DNA of 64,000 nt from Octopus sinensis. Its lineage: Eukaryota. Position numbers and translations under genes: made by a program. Positions 12,455 through 26,306 of this stretch are shown piece by piece; the first letter of the stretch is position 1, and the number at the start of each line of letters is the position of its first letter. Below the pieces are notes generated by a model. It did not search any database. It had not been told where the DNA came from and worked only from the letters and a program-made list of their open reading frames with translations. The stretch is taken from positions 25,048,001-25,112,000 of the forward strand of contig NC_042997.1 in assembly GCF_006345805.1 (NCBI RefSeq), given 5' to 3'.

Positions 12455-13429
12455 ATCGATCTATCTATGTATTAATCAATTCACATCGAACATTTATTTG
12501 CTTGTTCTATTCATGTCTTCTATCCTTTGCCAGTCATCGTTCGCTAACAACAATGAATTACAAGATATATTTTAAAAAAATAAGTTAGGTTAGTGTTTCC
12601 ACCGAAGGAAACGGGGAAGACCGTTCATTAAAAATAATAAGGCGAGAGAGAGAGGGAGAGAGAAAGAGAGAGAATGAAGATAATAACAAAGAAAAACATT
12701 CCAAATTAAACAAAGTAATAAAAGTCAATTCTTCTCTTGGTTTATTCTCTGGCACATTTCATGAATATTTCCTGATTAATGGCAGTTAACTGTGTTACTG
12801 AACGACAGAATCAAATTTATAAACTTTCTCACTCCCTGCTCCATTTACTAAATGAAACGTTTTGTCCCATGAGATACGCACGGGGGCGAGAGAAACAAAC
12901 TTGCATATTTAGTCTTGACCATGACCTAAACCAACACATGGTGGACGTAAAAGCCTTACATTGTATTTAATTGAATCTCATCCTGCGAAAAAAATCCCAT
13001 TTTATTTTTGTGTTTCTGTATTCTGGGATAAGAAACTATTTAAGAGAAAATCTTTATGTTTGCGTAATTGAATGCTTTGCATTTATCTTGAGTGTTTTTG
13101 TTTCTGAATATGTATATGTGTGTGTTTATATTTGCTATTGTACTGGGTACACTTAATAAAGTTGTTAATTGCTTAACTTCACATGGCAAATGAAGCTTGT
13201 TGTAGATCCTATTGTTTATCATTCCACTTTCGCCCGAATGACTTGGCTTTAAACACGTTTTACTAAGATTGCGTACTGTTTTCTTTTGCAGAAATTCTTC
13301 AACTTTGGCCTGTAACGGTCAAAATAGAACGCTATTTTAGTCCGTATACAAAGTTTTCTTGATCAGCTTAGCTGTGGTCGGAACTTAGAGTATGTAGTGT
13401 GAGCGCGATTCGAATATAAAGGCACCTAC

Positions 13430-13670
13430 CTTCTCTTCGCTCCGAGGCAGCCCGTCAGTGGTAACGGATCCTTCGACACAGCCCCGACCCGAACGCTAAA
13501 GATAGCAGCTGCTTCACCCAACCTTAGCAACGTCTTCCCCCGTCTCGACACGTCGACGACCCCGGTTCGAAAAAGCCGAAATCGCCGCTCTCTACGCGCG
13601 CCTCACGGCAGCCCCTTCCGGTTGCCCCAACTTCCGGTCAACGCACCCAGCTGCTGACGTCATCCCACAG
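13430..13670 (-). promoter_or_regulatory. CpG-rich promoter / non-coding first exon candidate
   Basis: GC/CpG-rich island in AT-rich background; perfect CRE TGACGTCA 13655-13662; two ETS-type CCGGAAG sites (about 13615-13621, 13630-13637); donor AAG|GTAGGT at 13430/13429 on minus strand. Confidence 0.55.
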
Positions 13671-13697
13671 AGTAGACTCAACTTTTAATATAATTCT

Positions 13698-13698
13698 T

Positions 13699-13789
<91 letters not shown>

Positions 13790-13790
13790 G
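13698..13790 (+). repeat. (TCTA)n microsatellite
   Basis: Direct inspection. Confidence 0.95.
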
Positions 13791-13869
13791 TCTGCATATT
13801 GTTGGTTCACCAAAAGCGATAAATTACAAGACTCAATACAAATATCGAGTATTTTTAAATACAAAATAA

Positions 13870-14750
13870 CTGAAAGGCTCCAATTTCCAGACCTCAGTTA
13901 TTGGCTTCCAATCACCAGCTGGTGTATTGAGGAACTTGGTTAACATTATTAATAAACGAGTGTCCTTGTTATCTTCTAATGAAGATGTTTTTAGGGGTAC
14001 GATTGACATTAGAATGAGTCGCTAATAAAATAGCGGTTTCCCCGATAAGATTAGATCTGTAAAAAAAAAAACACACTGGTGATGCATTGCGTAAGAATAG
14101 GAATTGGAAAAAGGAACAATTTATGGTACAACCTAGTATTTAACTCAGCAGTAAAAACTAATATAGCCAGAAAATTCCTTCATTTAATAGATCACAATTT
14201 CTATTATACTTATACATAAGTATAAAATAAATATTGAATAGGAACTCGGTTAAGGTTAGTTATTTAGCTTGCAAGAATTCCAGTGTTATATAAGAGGTTA
14301 TAATGCTGCAAAAATGAAAATAAGTAACCAACAAAGATCTTGCAGCTGTAGAATTCGTGAGAATTCTCCACCAGATGGTAACTGCCCAGCAAATTCGATT
14401 GTTTACAGTGCCAAGTTTCAATCAAATAAAAATGATGAACTTAAAATATACATTGAGGTAATAGAACTTACATTCAAGAACCATCTGCTTCAATAGAAAA
14501 TGTCTTGCGGCTTTATCGAAATTCTTGAATGAGACTGGTCCTCATGACTTCAAAATAACCTCGTTTCTGTAGATAGTACGTAACCATACGGGAAAGGGAA
14601 CTTCAAATCAATGATACTGTGTTATATTTGTTAGACCGAAAAATTAAGAATTTTGCCTTAATGCAATAATAGATTGAACTAAAGAACTGAAATGTTAACG
14701 CCTTGTATGCACGCGACTAAGTATCTTTTATGCAAATACAAGCCCCCTTA
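13870..14750 (+). pseudogene. Penelope-like element remnant (RT C-terminus, linker, GIY-YIG endonuclease)
   Basis: Fragments NHPAGVLRNLVNIINKRVSLLSSNEDVF, LWYNLVFNSAVKTNIARKFLHLIDHNF, CSCRIRENSPPDGNCPANSIVYSAKF..KIYIEVIELTFKN, CYIC.TEKLRIL..RTEMLTPCMHATKYLL. Confidence 0.85.
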
Positions 14751-14878
14751 AATTTCGTTCGTATTCACAAAGTAAAAATAAACGGATTCAAAATATTCAA
14801 TTAATAGATTTTATTGTTATATGTTTTAATATGCGTGGGTCTTTATCTATGTATGCGTATGTATGTATATATATATAT

Positions 14879-14942
<64 letters not shown>

Positions 14943-15259
14943 ATAGATGGATAGATATAGATATGTGTATACATGAACATATAATTCTGTGTATAAATAC
15001 ATGTATGTGAGTGTGCTTATGCTTATATATATGCGTCTGTATAGGCGCGCACAAAACGTACACCCACATACATATTGTTTTTCGAAACATTGATTAAAAA
15101 ATTACTTTAAAGTACTGTACGGAACATTGCTTCAACAGTAATGCAATTTCATGAGTTGGCTTGTATGGAATTTAAGAGAGTTATAATATAATCTTGAGAA
15201 CCGAAAATGGATTCAAAAGTAGCCGTCTTCCCGCATACAGGTACATATTGTTAAATAAA

Positions 15260-15704
15260 TCTAATCTCTCTCTATATAAACGGCAGTTTGTCTGTCTGTG
15301 TGTCTGTGTGTCTGTCAGGTTGTACCCTCACCCTGACCACAGCTTTCAACCGATTCTGATGAAACTTGACACACACATAGCCCAATGTCATAATTCAAAA
15401 CTAACGCAGCGAAAATTTTGAAAAGTTCCCCCAGTTCTGAAAAAAATCGATGAATTCGACATGGGGTCGAGAATCTAAGCTTTTCATATGCAACACATTT
15501 TCTGCCTAGGGGACACAACTCGACCTTTTTATCGCCCAAAGGGACAGCTAGGAACATCATATACACAGAAGTATTCGAGTGAAGAGAAGACATTGCAACC
15601 TACACATGCGCCTTCGTTCCCTAGAGGGAAAGGACTAGATTGGGATTAGTCGTTGCCTACTAGGGGCTCTTACATACCCGGGCAAAGCCGGGCTATGCTG
15701 CTAG
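15260..15704 (+). mobile_element. Non-autonomous Helitron/Helentron-like (DINE-1-like) element
   Basis: 5' TC..ctatataaa, (GTCT/GT)n tract, aaccgattctgatgaaacttg motif, subterminal hairpin cccgg-gcaaag-ccggg (15677-15692), 3' CTAG (15701-15704) followed by T. Confidence 0.72.
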
Positions 15705-15847
15705 TGTGGAAATAAATGTAATGCCATATATATGCACGCACGCACGTACGTACACAATGTGCAAGCACACACACATGCAAACAACATACACAAATATATA
15801 TAAACGTTAGTCATTTAGTTTGTCTTGGCCGATACTTAGTTGCAGTG

Positions 15848-16195
15848 AGGTAAAGGTAAAGACACCCTTCAGTCATGAATGACCATGGGATTGAACCTAG
15901 AAAGTTCTCCTCCGAGGTCCAAGTCCGAGCAAGGCTCATTATGGAAGACTGACAAACATCCACGCATACAATCCTTCCCTCTCCACGCCACCGATGTTAT
16001 TCAAAAGAAAGGCGAAGGCCGATACAGCTTGGCACCAGTGTGACATCGCAACTCATTTTTACCGCTGAGTGAACTGGAACAACATGAATTAAAGTGTTGT
16101 ACTTAAGAACATAACATAACCCGGTCCGGGAATCGTACTCACTACCTCATGAGTTTGAGCCAGACGCTCTAAACATTGAGCTATGCGCCTTCACC
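15848..16195 (-). mobile_element. tRNA-derived SINE, family E (C-like core, ttacctttacc tail)
   Basis: Minus-strand head gaaggcgcatagctcaatgtttagagcg, core cactttaattcatgttgttccagttcactcagcggtaaaaatgagt. Confidence 0.75.
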
Positions 16196-16339
16196 ACCAA
16201 AGTTTTAAAGGGCAAAGTATATCCCTATTTTATCTCTGAAATAATTAACGGTATTATTAGTATCATTATTACTATCGAAAATTTTATTATGAGTATAATT
16301 ATGAACGACTAATCCTGAAATTCAACGCCGTTAAAAATA

Positions 16340-16746
16340 CTCTTTTCTACTCTAGGCACAAGGCCCGAAATTTTTGGGGATGGGGGGGCGACAGTTGATT
16401 AGATCGACCTCAGCACACAACTGGTACTTAATTTATCGACCTCGAAAGAATGAAAGGCAAAGTCGACCTCGGCGGAATATGAACTCAGAACGTAAAGACG
16501 GACGAAATACTTATTTCTTTACTACCCACAAGGAGCTAAACACAGAGAGGACAAACAAGGATAGACAAACGGATTAAGTCAATTATATCGATCTCAGTGC
16601 GTAACTGGTACTTAATTTATCGACACCGAAAGGATGAAAGGCAAAGTCAACCTCGGCGCAATTTGAACTCAGAATGTAACGGCAGACGAAATACGGCTAC
16701 CTACGCATTTTGCCCGGCGTCCTAACGTTTCTGCCAGCTCGCCGCC
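16340..16746 (-). mobile_element. SINE family A dimer
   Basis: Two tandem reverse family A bodies. Confidence 0.88.
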
Positions 16747-16859
16747 TCTCGCCGTTAAAAATATTGCATTACTTATACTTAGAAGTATGGCATTCGAATT
16801 TCTTTAGTTTTTGTCTCATCTCCATAGGCTCCAGAATATTAGAAAATTACGGTAACACC

Positions 16860-17192
16860 TGTCGACATAAAGACTCCGCCGGTTACGACGACGAGGGTCC
16901 CAGCTGATACGATCAACGGAACAGCTTGCTCGTGAAATTAACGTGCAAATGGCTGAGCATTCCACAGACACGTGTACCCTTAACGTAGTTCTCGGGGATA
17001 ATCAGCGTGACACAGAGAGTGACAAGGCTGACCCTTTGAAATACAAGTACAACTCATTTTTGCCAGCTGAGTGGACTGGAGCAATGTGAAATAAAGTGTC
17101 TTGCTCAAGGACACAACGCGTCGCCGGGAATCGAACTCACAACCTTACGATCATGAGCCGAATGCCCTAACCACTAAGCCACGCGCCCTCAC
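16860..17192 (-). mobile_element. Mosaic SINE: family C head/core plus family B tail
   Basis: Head/core as at 1570-1827, tail as at 2120-2309; TSD ctgtcgacataaa on both sides. Confidence 0.85.
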
Positions 17193-17479
17193 TGTCGACA
17201 TAAAAACTGACTTGAATCCTCAAAGTTGTCACTCCGCTTCCTCCTAAAAGAGAAAGTGTTATAAATTGAAAATAAATATCTTCGCCAGAAATATCGAAAC
17301 ATATCCAGGTAAAGTACATATGGAATAAAAGTTTTATTTTAAAGTTTGCACCTTGCTTATTATCCACTTGCTAATCAATACGTTTAAACTGTTTCGATGC
17401 ATTTATATATGAACTCACTGTGATATTTCTTACAAGAAGAAATATATCCGTTTGTTCAGGGAAATATTTAGTCCTATCA

Positions 17480-17529
17480 CTAATATATGTATGTGTGCTT
17501 ATACATGCATATATATACATACATATATA

Positions 17530-17615
<86 letters not shown>

Positions 17616-17807
17616 TATATTATATATATATATATATATATGCATATATATATATATATATATATGTATATAAGCTTATTCATATATATAATATATATAT
17701 ATATGCATATATATATATATATGTATATATATGCTTATTCATATATATATATATGTATATAAGCTTATTCATATATATATATGTGTGTGTGTGTGTATGT
17801 ATGATTA

Positions 17808-17859
<52 letters not shown>

Positions 17860-18150
17860 CATACACATAGGCATACACATGCGTATATATAAATATATAT
17901 ACGCTCAGTGCATGCTTATCACATTTTCTTTCACATTCTTAAATCCTTTATTTCGCTGTCGAACAATGCAATTTCCAAATGCCTATGGCTTCAAAATATA
18001 GAATCAACGTCTCTCTCTCTCTCTCTACCCCTCTCTTTCTCTTTTCCTCTCTTTCTCTTTCTCTCTGTCCTCTCTCTCTCTCTCTGTTTCTCTCTCTCTC
18101 ACTCTCTCCGTCTCACGCTCTTTCTCTCCGCCTCTCTCTCTCTCTCTAAC
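17480..18150. repeat. Compound (TA)n/(TG)n then (CT)n microsatellites
   Basis: Direct inspection; explains several YI-repeat ORFs. Confidence 0.95.
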
Positions 18151-18693
18151 TTTGCTTACTTTTTATATTTATCAGCTGGAATTGGTATTTCCTATCTCTT
18201 AGATTTGTAAGACAGCATGATCATTGTTTGAAACAAAATAAGCTTCTGTCACGGAAGCAGAAGTTTTGTCAACGGAAGAAAAGACAATATTATTTTTCCT
18301 TTATTTCTGAATCATATCTCCACCCGATTTCTCTTTTCTCTTATACTTTTTTTTTTCATATTTCCTTAGAAAGATTCTTTGGTTATAGGACAAAAATATT
18401 AAGCCAATAGTTATAGAAAGAAAATTGAGGATGTTCATGGAAGGATAATAACATGCATAAAAAGAAAAAAGAAATTGAAATCCAGGATTGTTGGAATAGC
18501 TATGCAAACCTAGTCTCAGCGCAAATCTCCAGTTGAAACCAGAAATCTAATGCGACAATGCTTAGTTATACAGTGATTACATATGAGATAATGAGTGTGA
18601 TAGATAATGAGGAATTACTGCAGCGAAATGGATGTGAATTGTTTGAGAAACGACCCTTTTGATCACTTGGGAACATTGTGTATGAATTATAGT

Positions 18694-18738
<45 letters not shown>

Positions 18739-19166
18739 GATAGATAGATAGATAGACAGACACATACATACATACATAACACACGTATATTTGTACTGTC
18801 GTTACTGTCGTGTTTTTGTTACCATTTTTACCCCTCTGCGAAAAGATCTCAAATTTTAATTGATTTGCTTTTCGCAGGAAGGAAAGTTTCTTATCGAAGA
18901 TACGTCTCGTCTTCACCTTCGAAACGTAGAGTAGATGAAACCATGGCGACTGAAGAAGGGTTTTTTTTCTTTGTGTTAATTGTCCTGTACTCTATATTTT
19001 TTTGTTGTTAAAAAAATGTCCAGTTCCCTGGGTTTGTGTCTATGTTTTCGTTTCTCATTGTGTTCGACGTTTTTTTGGTGTCCTGTACTCATATATGCGT
19101 GTATATATACATGTAGAGGTTGGTACGTACATATATGTATATATATATATGCCTATGTTTTATTTA

Positions 19167-19208
<42 letters not shown>

Positions 19209-19354
19209 ATACATTCACAGACGTGACAGAAGTAAATAGACAGCCAATAAATCATCGTTTTATGCTTATTTTAACTTGAAACAATTTATATTTTTTATTG
19301 ACATATTTGTATTTCAGGTTCTATGTGTGACTGTTTAATTATGCCACTTACAAA

Positions 19355-19990
19355 AGAAGGTTTAGAACTGTCCAAATTTCAAAGAGTCCTATTGTTAGTC
19401 AGTCTGAAGATGGACCTAGTCAGAGTAAAATGGCAGAAAGACTTGGTATCCCGCTTTCTACAGTTAATAGAATGATTGTGCAATTCACAAGGGAGGGAAA
19501 GGAGTCCACATTACCTCGCCCAGGTCGACCAGAGCCCTCTGACAGAACCCTTCGCTTTGTTAAGTGAAGTGTGGAGGATAATACTCGTTGCAAGTCTTCT
19601 GGCCGGGCAGAATAAGTTGATATCAATCTTAGAACAGCTATCAGGTATCTCCTAAAACGTGGCTACTATAGCAGAGCTGCAAGAAGGAAGCCACTTCTTC
19701 GACCAGCCAATAACAAGTGTGATTGAAACATAAACTTAGCTAAATATGCGTCCATAGTGTAGAAAAGACTCTTTCCAATCTTCTCCAGTGGTGAAATGAT
19801 TAAAGAAGATTCTTTATTTATGAAAGATGGGGCTCCTTGTCACACGGCTAGAAAGAACCAAGATTAGTTGGAAGAGAATGGCAATAAAAAGCTTCTGTGG
19901 CCAAGCCAGTTATCAGATATGAACCTTTTTGGACACCTCTGGGTCATAATTAACAGAATACTACATAAAAAGATCAACAAATCATGCTGA
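19355..19990 (+). pseudogene. Tc1-like (DD34E-type) transposase remnant with internal deletion
   Basis: [62 protein letters not shown]; FMKDGAPCHTARK..LLWPSQLSDMN..HLW. Confidence 0.85.
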
Positions 19991-20183
19991 AAGAGAATAT
20001 TTGTCATCTGATCAGTAGCATGCTTAATAATGAACCTTGCATTGAAAAATGTAAAGAGAAGGTGTACTAAATATTAGATATTTAAATTATAATAATTAAT
20101 AAATAATTTGAATATATAATTTCAGATTTAACGAGTATAAGCGTGTCTATTTACTTGTGTTAAACGTGTATATATATATATAT

Positions 20184-20237
<54 letters not shown>

Positions 20238-20482
20238 CAAATTAATAACAGAAGGGTAAAATTTATTAATCAATTAATTAATCAATTAATCAATTAATTA
20301 ACAATTTTATCACTAATTATATATATATATATATTATATATATATATATATGTGTTTAAGAGACAGAACCACCTTCAAGCAACTCAATCAACATTGAACG
20401 ACATTATCTATGATATATATAAGATTAAATTTTAGCAAATTAATATCTACAATTCTTATTCTGAATCATATATTAAATTATA

Positions 20483-20666
20483 GAGACTACGTGCGTTTCA
20501 TGACAATATCTATCGGTATTGCTGAAATAGGTCTCGAAATTCAATACCTTATCAGTCCGATGTAAATAGTAAGATAGCTTTATATAATCCAGACCTGAAG
20601 ATTGGCAGTATAGTCGGATTGATATGATATTAAATTTTGAGATTATTTATTTCAGCAATGCCGATA
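20483..20666. repeat. Imperfect inverted repeat of a PLE-type terminal repeat carrying two hammerhead halves
   Basis: Arms 20511-20560 and 20614-20666; CAGAC-CTGAAGA on plus (20590-20601), GAAAC-GCAC-GTA-GTCTC on minus (20499-20483). Confidence 0.6.
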
Positions 20667-20701
20667 TCTTCTATATATATATATAATATATATATGTATA
20701 T

Positions 20702-20792
<91 letters not shown>

Positions 20793-21864
20793 TCTTAATG
20801 TTAAAAACTGGTAAGGAGAATTTTAAGGATCGTCCGTGTTAAAATCAACGTCTTCAGTATCAGACTTAAAAATACATACTTTCAAATGCCGACACAACTC
20901 AAGCCAGATTATATTACCTTAGGAATAATTCATCTGTATACAATATGAAAATATTTTACATTGCTCTCTCTGTGCTACCAATGTTAATATATGCTATCTT
21001 AAAGAATAAAAGATATTTCGATTTCCTCATGAGGACAGTAATTTCAATATGTTCTTGCCTATATGAAGTGAAATATCGTTTAGCAACTTGAATTAGTAGA
21101 AGGTACATTTCTGAAACTCTTTGATTGTTCTTCTCTCTCCTCACGAAAGGTTTTTGGTAACAAGACAAGCAATACAATTCAAACACCAAAGAATATGACA
21201 TTCTCGTGAAGCGAAGTTGCCGATGCCTTAGAATCTATTGTATCTTGCTTGTGTTGTGAATTGAAGGGAAAATAAATAAAGTAAATATAGTGAAAAACCA
21301 ATATTTCCAGTCTACCAGAAATACGAAAACATATCGAAGCAATATACGTATACAAGCACCGACGCACACGCCCCACTCCACATATACATTCGTATACACA
21401 CGCTCTCACATATTTATACACGGATCTATATTTGCTACGAGTCTGTCGTGAAGTGAAGATCTAGAAAACGTAGCTGGTGCTCGAATTACATAAAGCGGCG
21501 TTTTCTTCACTGAAACATGTGTAGTATAATGTAATTAAATAATTTATGAACCGACTTTCTATTTTCCATCTCGTGAAGTGCAAAGCCCAGAGCAGAAGTC
21601 GGAGTAGTCTGTCACATTATATAAAAACACACATATACATATTTGTAAGTGTATATGTCTGCATGTAGATATGTATCTACGTATGCATATATGTGCGCGC
21701 GTGTGTGTGTAAAATAAAACTTTCGGGATCCAGTAGAATTAAGATATTTTGATAACAAAATCACCAAGATACAATCCAGTGATAGTATGCCTGTGCATTA
21801 ACACTGTGTATGGACACTCCTGTACTTGCTAATGTGGATTTGTCCTTCCAGTTATTGCACAGAT

Positions 21865-22246
21865 GTGGAGGCGCAATGGCCCAGTGGTTAGGGCAGAGGA
21901 CTCGCAGTCGTAGGATCGCGGTTTCGATTCCCAGACCGGGCGTTGTGAGTGTTTATTGAGCGAAAACACCTAAAGCTCCACGAGGCTCCGGCAGGGATGG
22001 TGGTGATCCCTGCTGTACTCTTTCACCACAACTTTCTCTCACTCTTTCTTCCTGTTTCTGTTGTACCTGTATTTCAAAGGGCCGGCCTTGTCACTCTCTG
22101 TGTCACGCTGAATATCCCCGAGAACTACGTTAAGGGTACACGTGTCTGTGGAGTGCTCAGCCACTTACACGTTAATTTCACGAGCAGGGTGTTCCGTTGG
22201 TCGGATCAACCGGAACCTTCATCGTCGTAACCGACTGAGTGCTTCC
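21865..22246 (+). mobile_element. SINE family B, full length
   Basis: Near-identical to 1925-2309; TSD tattgcaca. Confidence 0.92.
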
Positions 22247-24149
22247 ACACTATTGCACATACATTTACAAATGTAAACCAAATGCACAATGCATGCGGAA
22301 AGTCATAACTTGGCATGCAGTCCACAATCCACTGTAGGCTCAAGATCCAATGCTGGTACCTTGACCAGCACCCCACACTCTGTTTACCCCTCTATCTCTC
22401 TCATACCTTTCTACATACCTTAGTAATCCCCCTCTGCCACTGAAAGAGAAACCTAACTTTCCTCAAATATGTGCAATTTGCTTACTATCTCAACCAATAA
22501 TCTTATAGCTGTCATTCCTAAACTTTAACAAACGCAATACCCCCTTATCCATCTTCCCACTCCTTGCCTTTGCTACGATTGCCTTATTTGCCTCATTATT
22601 ATCTCTGCACTCTCCTTGAACTATCTTTTCTCCTCTCACTAATCCCTGTCTCAATATCACCAGTCTCCTTTCTAATACACTTAGCTCTCCATATAAAATC
22701 GTAACTCTATGCATGTATGATTATTTCAGTAAGAAATATTTTTGCAAAACTGTCGCATGTGAGACTTACTACACTTTTGAAAAACGCTAAACCGTTGTAC
22801 TATATTTTGACAATTTTCATATCTTGACATCTGAAGTAGCTGGAAATACGATGCCTAAAAAACCGGCTACTGCAAGCAAAATTAAATATTGAAAAGAACT
22901 CATTTGGCTAACTTTGGACATACGACAGTTTAACATAACAACAACGATATGTGTGTATGTGTGTGTGTGTATTACACACATCATCCTTTATTGTCAAGAT
23001 ATATTCTTTAACGTGAGAGGTAGTATATGCATACATAATCCATTGAATAAGCACAAGTCAGTAATAGCAATCAATGCTATTTGCTCTTCAGAAAACCACA
23101 AACTCTCTTCCCTGTTAAAAGCATAATGACACAAACTCCTTGTCTTTTTCACTTCAGCTACTAATAAACTAGTTAAAGTGAAGACCTTTCTATTCTCTAC
23201 TTGTCTTCTTGAAAAGATACAATGTGTGCATGGTGAAAAGCAATAGCGGGAAAATTGCATTAAAACGGAAGTTGTATTTTTTTGTCTTGATTTCGAGGTT
23301 TTATATTTATGTTAATGTAAGTGTTTTGAAAGACATATTTCAAGTATTTTCGTAGGGAATTACAGCTGGACGAGTATTTACGAAGTCTATCAGAACTTGT
23401 CCAGTCAAAAGGATTTTAGATCACTTCTTATCATTAACAATATAATATAGTGGCAAATACCTTTACCGCGCTAATCTAATCTCACTTGGCTACAAAATTG
23501 AACAAACATGTACAAGATACTTCTTAATTTAAAATGCTAACTGAAAATTTTCCGATAAGCCAAATCGCAAGTTAATTGTATTAAGCGGACAATATAACTT
23601 CCATCAGAACCAGAAAATACTTCAGTAGACATTTATAAAGCTCCAGCGAAGCTCACAATGGTGTACTGGCCACAAATCTAGGATGATGCTGCCACTACAG
23701 AAACGGTAATTGCAAATCATATTCCCTAAAAACCACTCAACTGATTGGCAATAAGTTTCTCACAAACCATACACCAATATCTGGTTCACATTTATGCAGT
23801 CTTCTCTGCATTTTCTCCTGCCATTTAAACAATGAATGCTCTTCAGAACTCCCTCATTCAATTTTTTGCCCCTACTCAGTTACCCTAACCGCTTGTCTCT
23901 CCTTCTCTAATCATACAAATTGCATCAATCTAGTTTTGTATCTGTCCATTAAAATTTCTGTTATGTACATCCTTCGATTCAAGACGTTGACTTGTAAATT
24001 TTCATAAAGCGCATTAATAGCACCTGTCTTACCAACCTCAGTGGGATATCGGATACAGTTAGTTACACTCCTTCAGACCAAATCTATACTAAAATAACAT
24101 TCCTATCATAAACACACATCAAATACGTTACTGTATGTTTCACTGCGAT

Positions 24150-25330
24150 ATTGATTGATTCCTCTGCACAATGGAAGGCGATGTGTGCTCATTTTGAAAA
24201 GCACTCATGCCTTAATGAAAATTGAGGCTCTAATCAGGAGTAGTCTGCATAAGGATCTCATCTGCCGATGGGCTTTTGCGTATGCTGTGATAAAAAAAGG
24301 GAATCTGCTCAAAACTGAGGTTTTCCATAGAATCAGCATGACTATCGGCTCTCATGTCACGAAGGTTCGTGGGCTCCATCCTATGAGATGTCTATATTTG
24401 GATGTCAGTTTCGCGATGGGCTGATGAAAGATGCATCATTTGACACGATTACTCCCCAAGTACCGTCTGTCATTAGCGACCTGAATAATTGTCATCTGCC
24501 AAATAATGTGATTTGTGTGTATTCACTCTGTAATGCAGAACCTGAAATTTTGATGCATTTAGTTTCATATGGTTTTAATCTGCTCATTGATAACTGACGT
24601 TTAGCTCGTTTTGGAGTATGACGAGATCATTTGGAGTTTGGAAAGCTATCGAGACTTTTGTGTATTCAGCATAGCTTGTCAGGTTGTTCGAGAACTCTTA
24701 TGAGATTATAGCTGATGGGGTGATGATAAATAATAATGGTCTTAGAACCATACTCTGAGGGATACCACGTGTTACTGGTGACTTTTGTAGAGAGAAAACC
24801 GTTTGCAGCAACAGATTGATTCCTACCCTATAAGAAATCAAAATATCATTCACAGAGTTTTCCTGTGGTACCAAATTCCCTTAACCTATGACAAATGATG
24901 CCATGATCAATTTTGTCAAATGCTGTTGCAAAATCAAAGTATATACAATCAGTATTCATTCCTTTCAAGACATTAGGGAGGATAGTGATAAGGTGCTGTA
25001 ATAATAGTGACAGGCAACTTCGTCTAGTCCGAAAACCATGTGTATTGTCTAAGATGTTGTTTTCCTCAAAGTACGAACTTATTCTTTTTGCGTCCAACAA
25101 TTTTAGATGGGTGAGATACGAGAGAAACAGGTATGTGATTTTAGCTTCAGCCCTGCTAACTCCAATATCTATAGGTGCTACTAATGCGTTTTTAAATAGT
25201 TCTGGGAATATACCTGTATATAACGACCTTTGAAATAGCATCTTTAAATATTTGGTGAGGCATATTTTGCACGTTTTTTTACAATATGGCTAGGAAACTA
25301 ACTGGCCCAGATACTGAGTTTGAATGTAGG
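24150..25330 (-). pseudogene. CR1-clade LINE RT remnant
   Basis: ORF 24846-25241: FQRSLYTGIFPELFKNALVAPI..HGFRTRRSCLSLLL..DCIYFDFATAFDKIDHGIICHRL..GKLCE. Confidence 0.85.
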
Positions 25331-25469
25331 TGGTTAATAGCTGCAAATATATAATTTGCTGTCATATCATGTATTCTAGAAGTATCTCTGCAGTTGAATT
25401 TTAGGATCAAAGGATTCGCATGTGTTACGTACTATTTTATTGGTTATGGTTTGAGAAAATGCAAGTATA

Positions 25470-25678
25470 TTTATTTCTTTATTGCCCTGCACAGGGCTAA
25501 ACCTAGAGGAGACGAACAAAGGATTAAGTCAATTACATCGAACCCAGTGCGTAACTGGTACTTATTTAATCGACCCCGAAAGGATGAAAAGCGGAATTTG
25601 AACTCTGAACGGAAAGGCAGACGAAATACCGCTAAGCATTTCGCCCGGCGTGCTAACGATTCTGCCAGCTTGCCGCCC
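25470..25678 (-). mobile_element. SINE family A
   Basis: Reverse family A body with small deletion. Confidence 0.85.
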
Positions 25679-25739
25679 TGCAGTTATATTGTTGACTCAA
25701 GAATGTGTATATTTATAATGAATCATTGATGCTTGATGC

Positions 25740-25993
25740 ATTTTGGCCCATTAGAGAGCCAATCTGGCTATTTCCGGATGATTTTCGCATGTATGGACAA
25801 TGTTTTTACAGTAAATCACTAAATGACCCATAACTTTTTTATTATCCCCTGAAATTATACCAAAATCTCAGACAATAACAAATAATATCGTATTTATTGT
25901 TTGTGAAAATTATAGAATATAAAACTACTTTGATAAAAACTTATATCTACTTTTCTGACGAAAACAATGCCGTTCTGAACATTTTGGCCGCAA

Positions 25994-25997
<4 letters not shown>
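25740..25997. mobile_element. Tc1-like element end
   Basis: Ends in ttttggccgcaactg|TA (rc CAGTTGCGGCCAAAA, Tc1-type TIR) next to (TA)n; partner TIR not found. Confidence 0.45.
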
Positions 25998-26031
<34 letters not shown>

Positions 26032-26306
26032 TGTCGCTACTTATAATCTACAGTGTTGTATGAATGTTGATAATAAAACCTTATTAAATTATATTTTTCG
26101 CAGCAATGCAACTGTTTGCCGCTATTATCATTATCGTCGTGTCTTTTTTTTAAATTACACAAATGAAAACAAAATGAAATAGAATAAAACTGAAATCTAA
26201 AGTTATTTTATTGCTCGAAGCTGACATTCTACATAAGGCAACTAGCAATATAATCAACGAACGAAAAATGTATTGTCAGCTCAATAATTACAAAGTTACA
26301 ACTTAA

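Noticed and set aside
17420-18001. 193-aa YI-rich ORF and similar YI/YLSI/YVCM ORFs elsewhere
   Set aside because: (TA)n, (TCTA)n and (TATG)n artefacts
20820-20860. Minus-strand CUGAAGA-CGU..ACG hammerhead-like start
   Set aside because: No GAAA or stem III/I follows
22490-22714. Purine-rich minus ORF
   Set aside because: Looks like a decayed LINE linker but no diagnostic motif could be assigned
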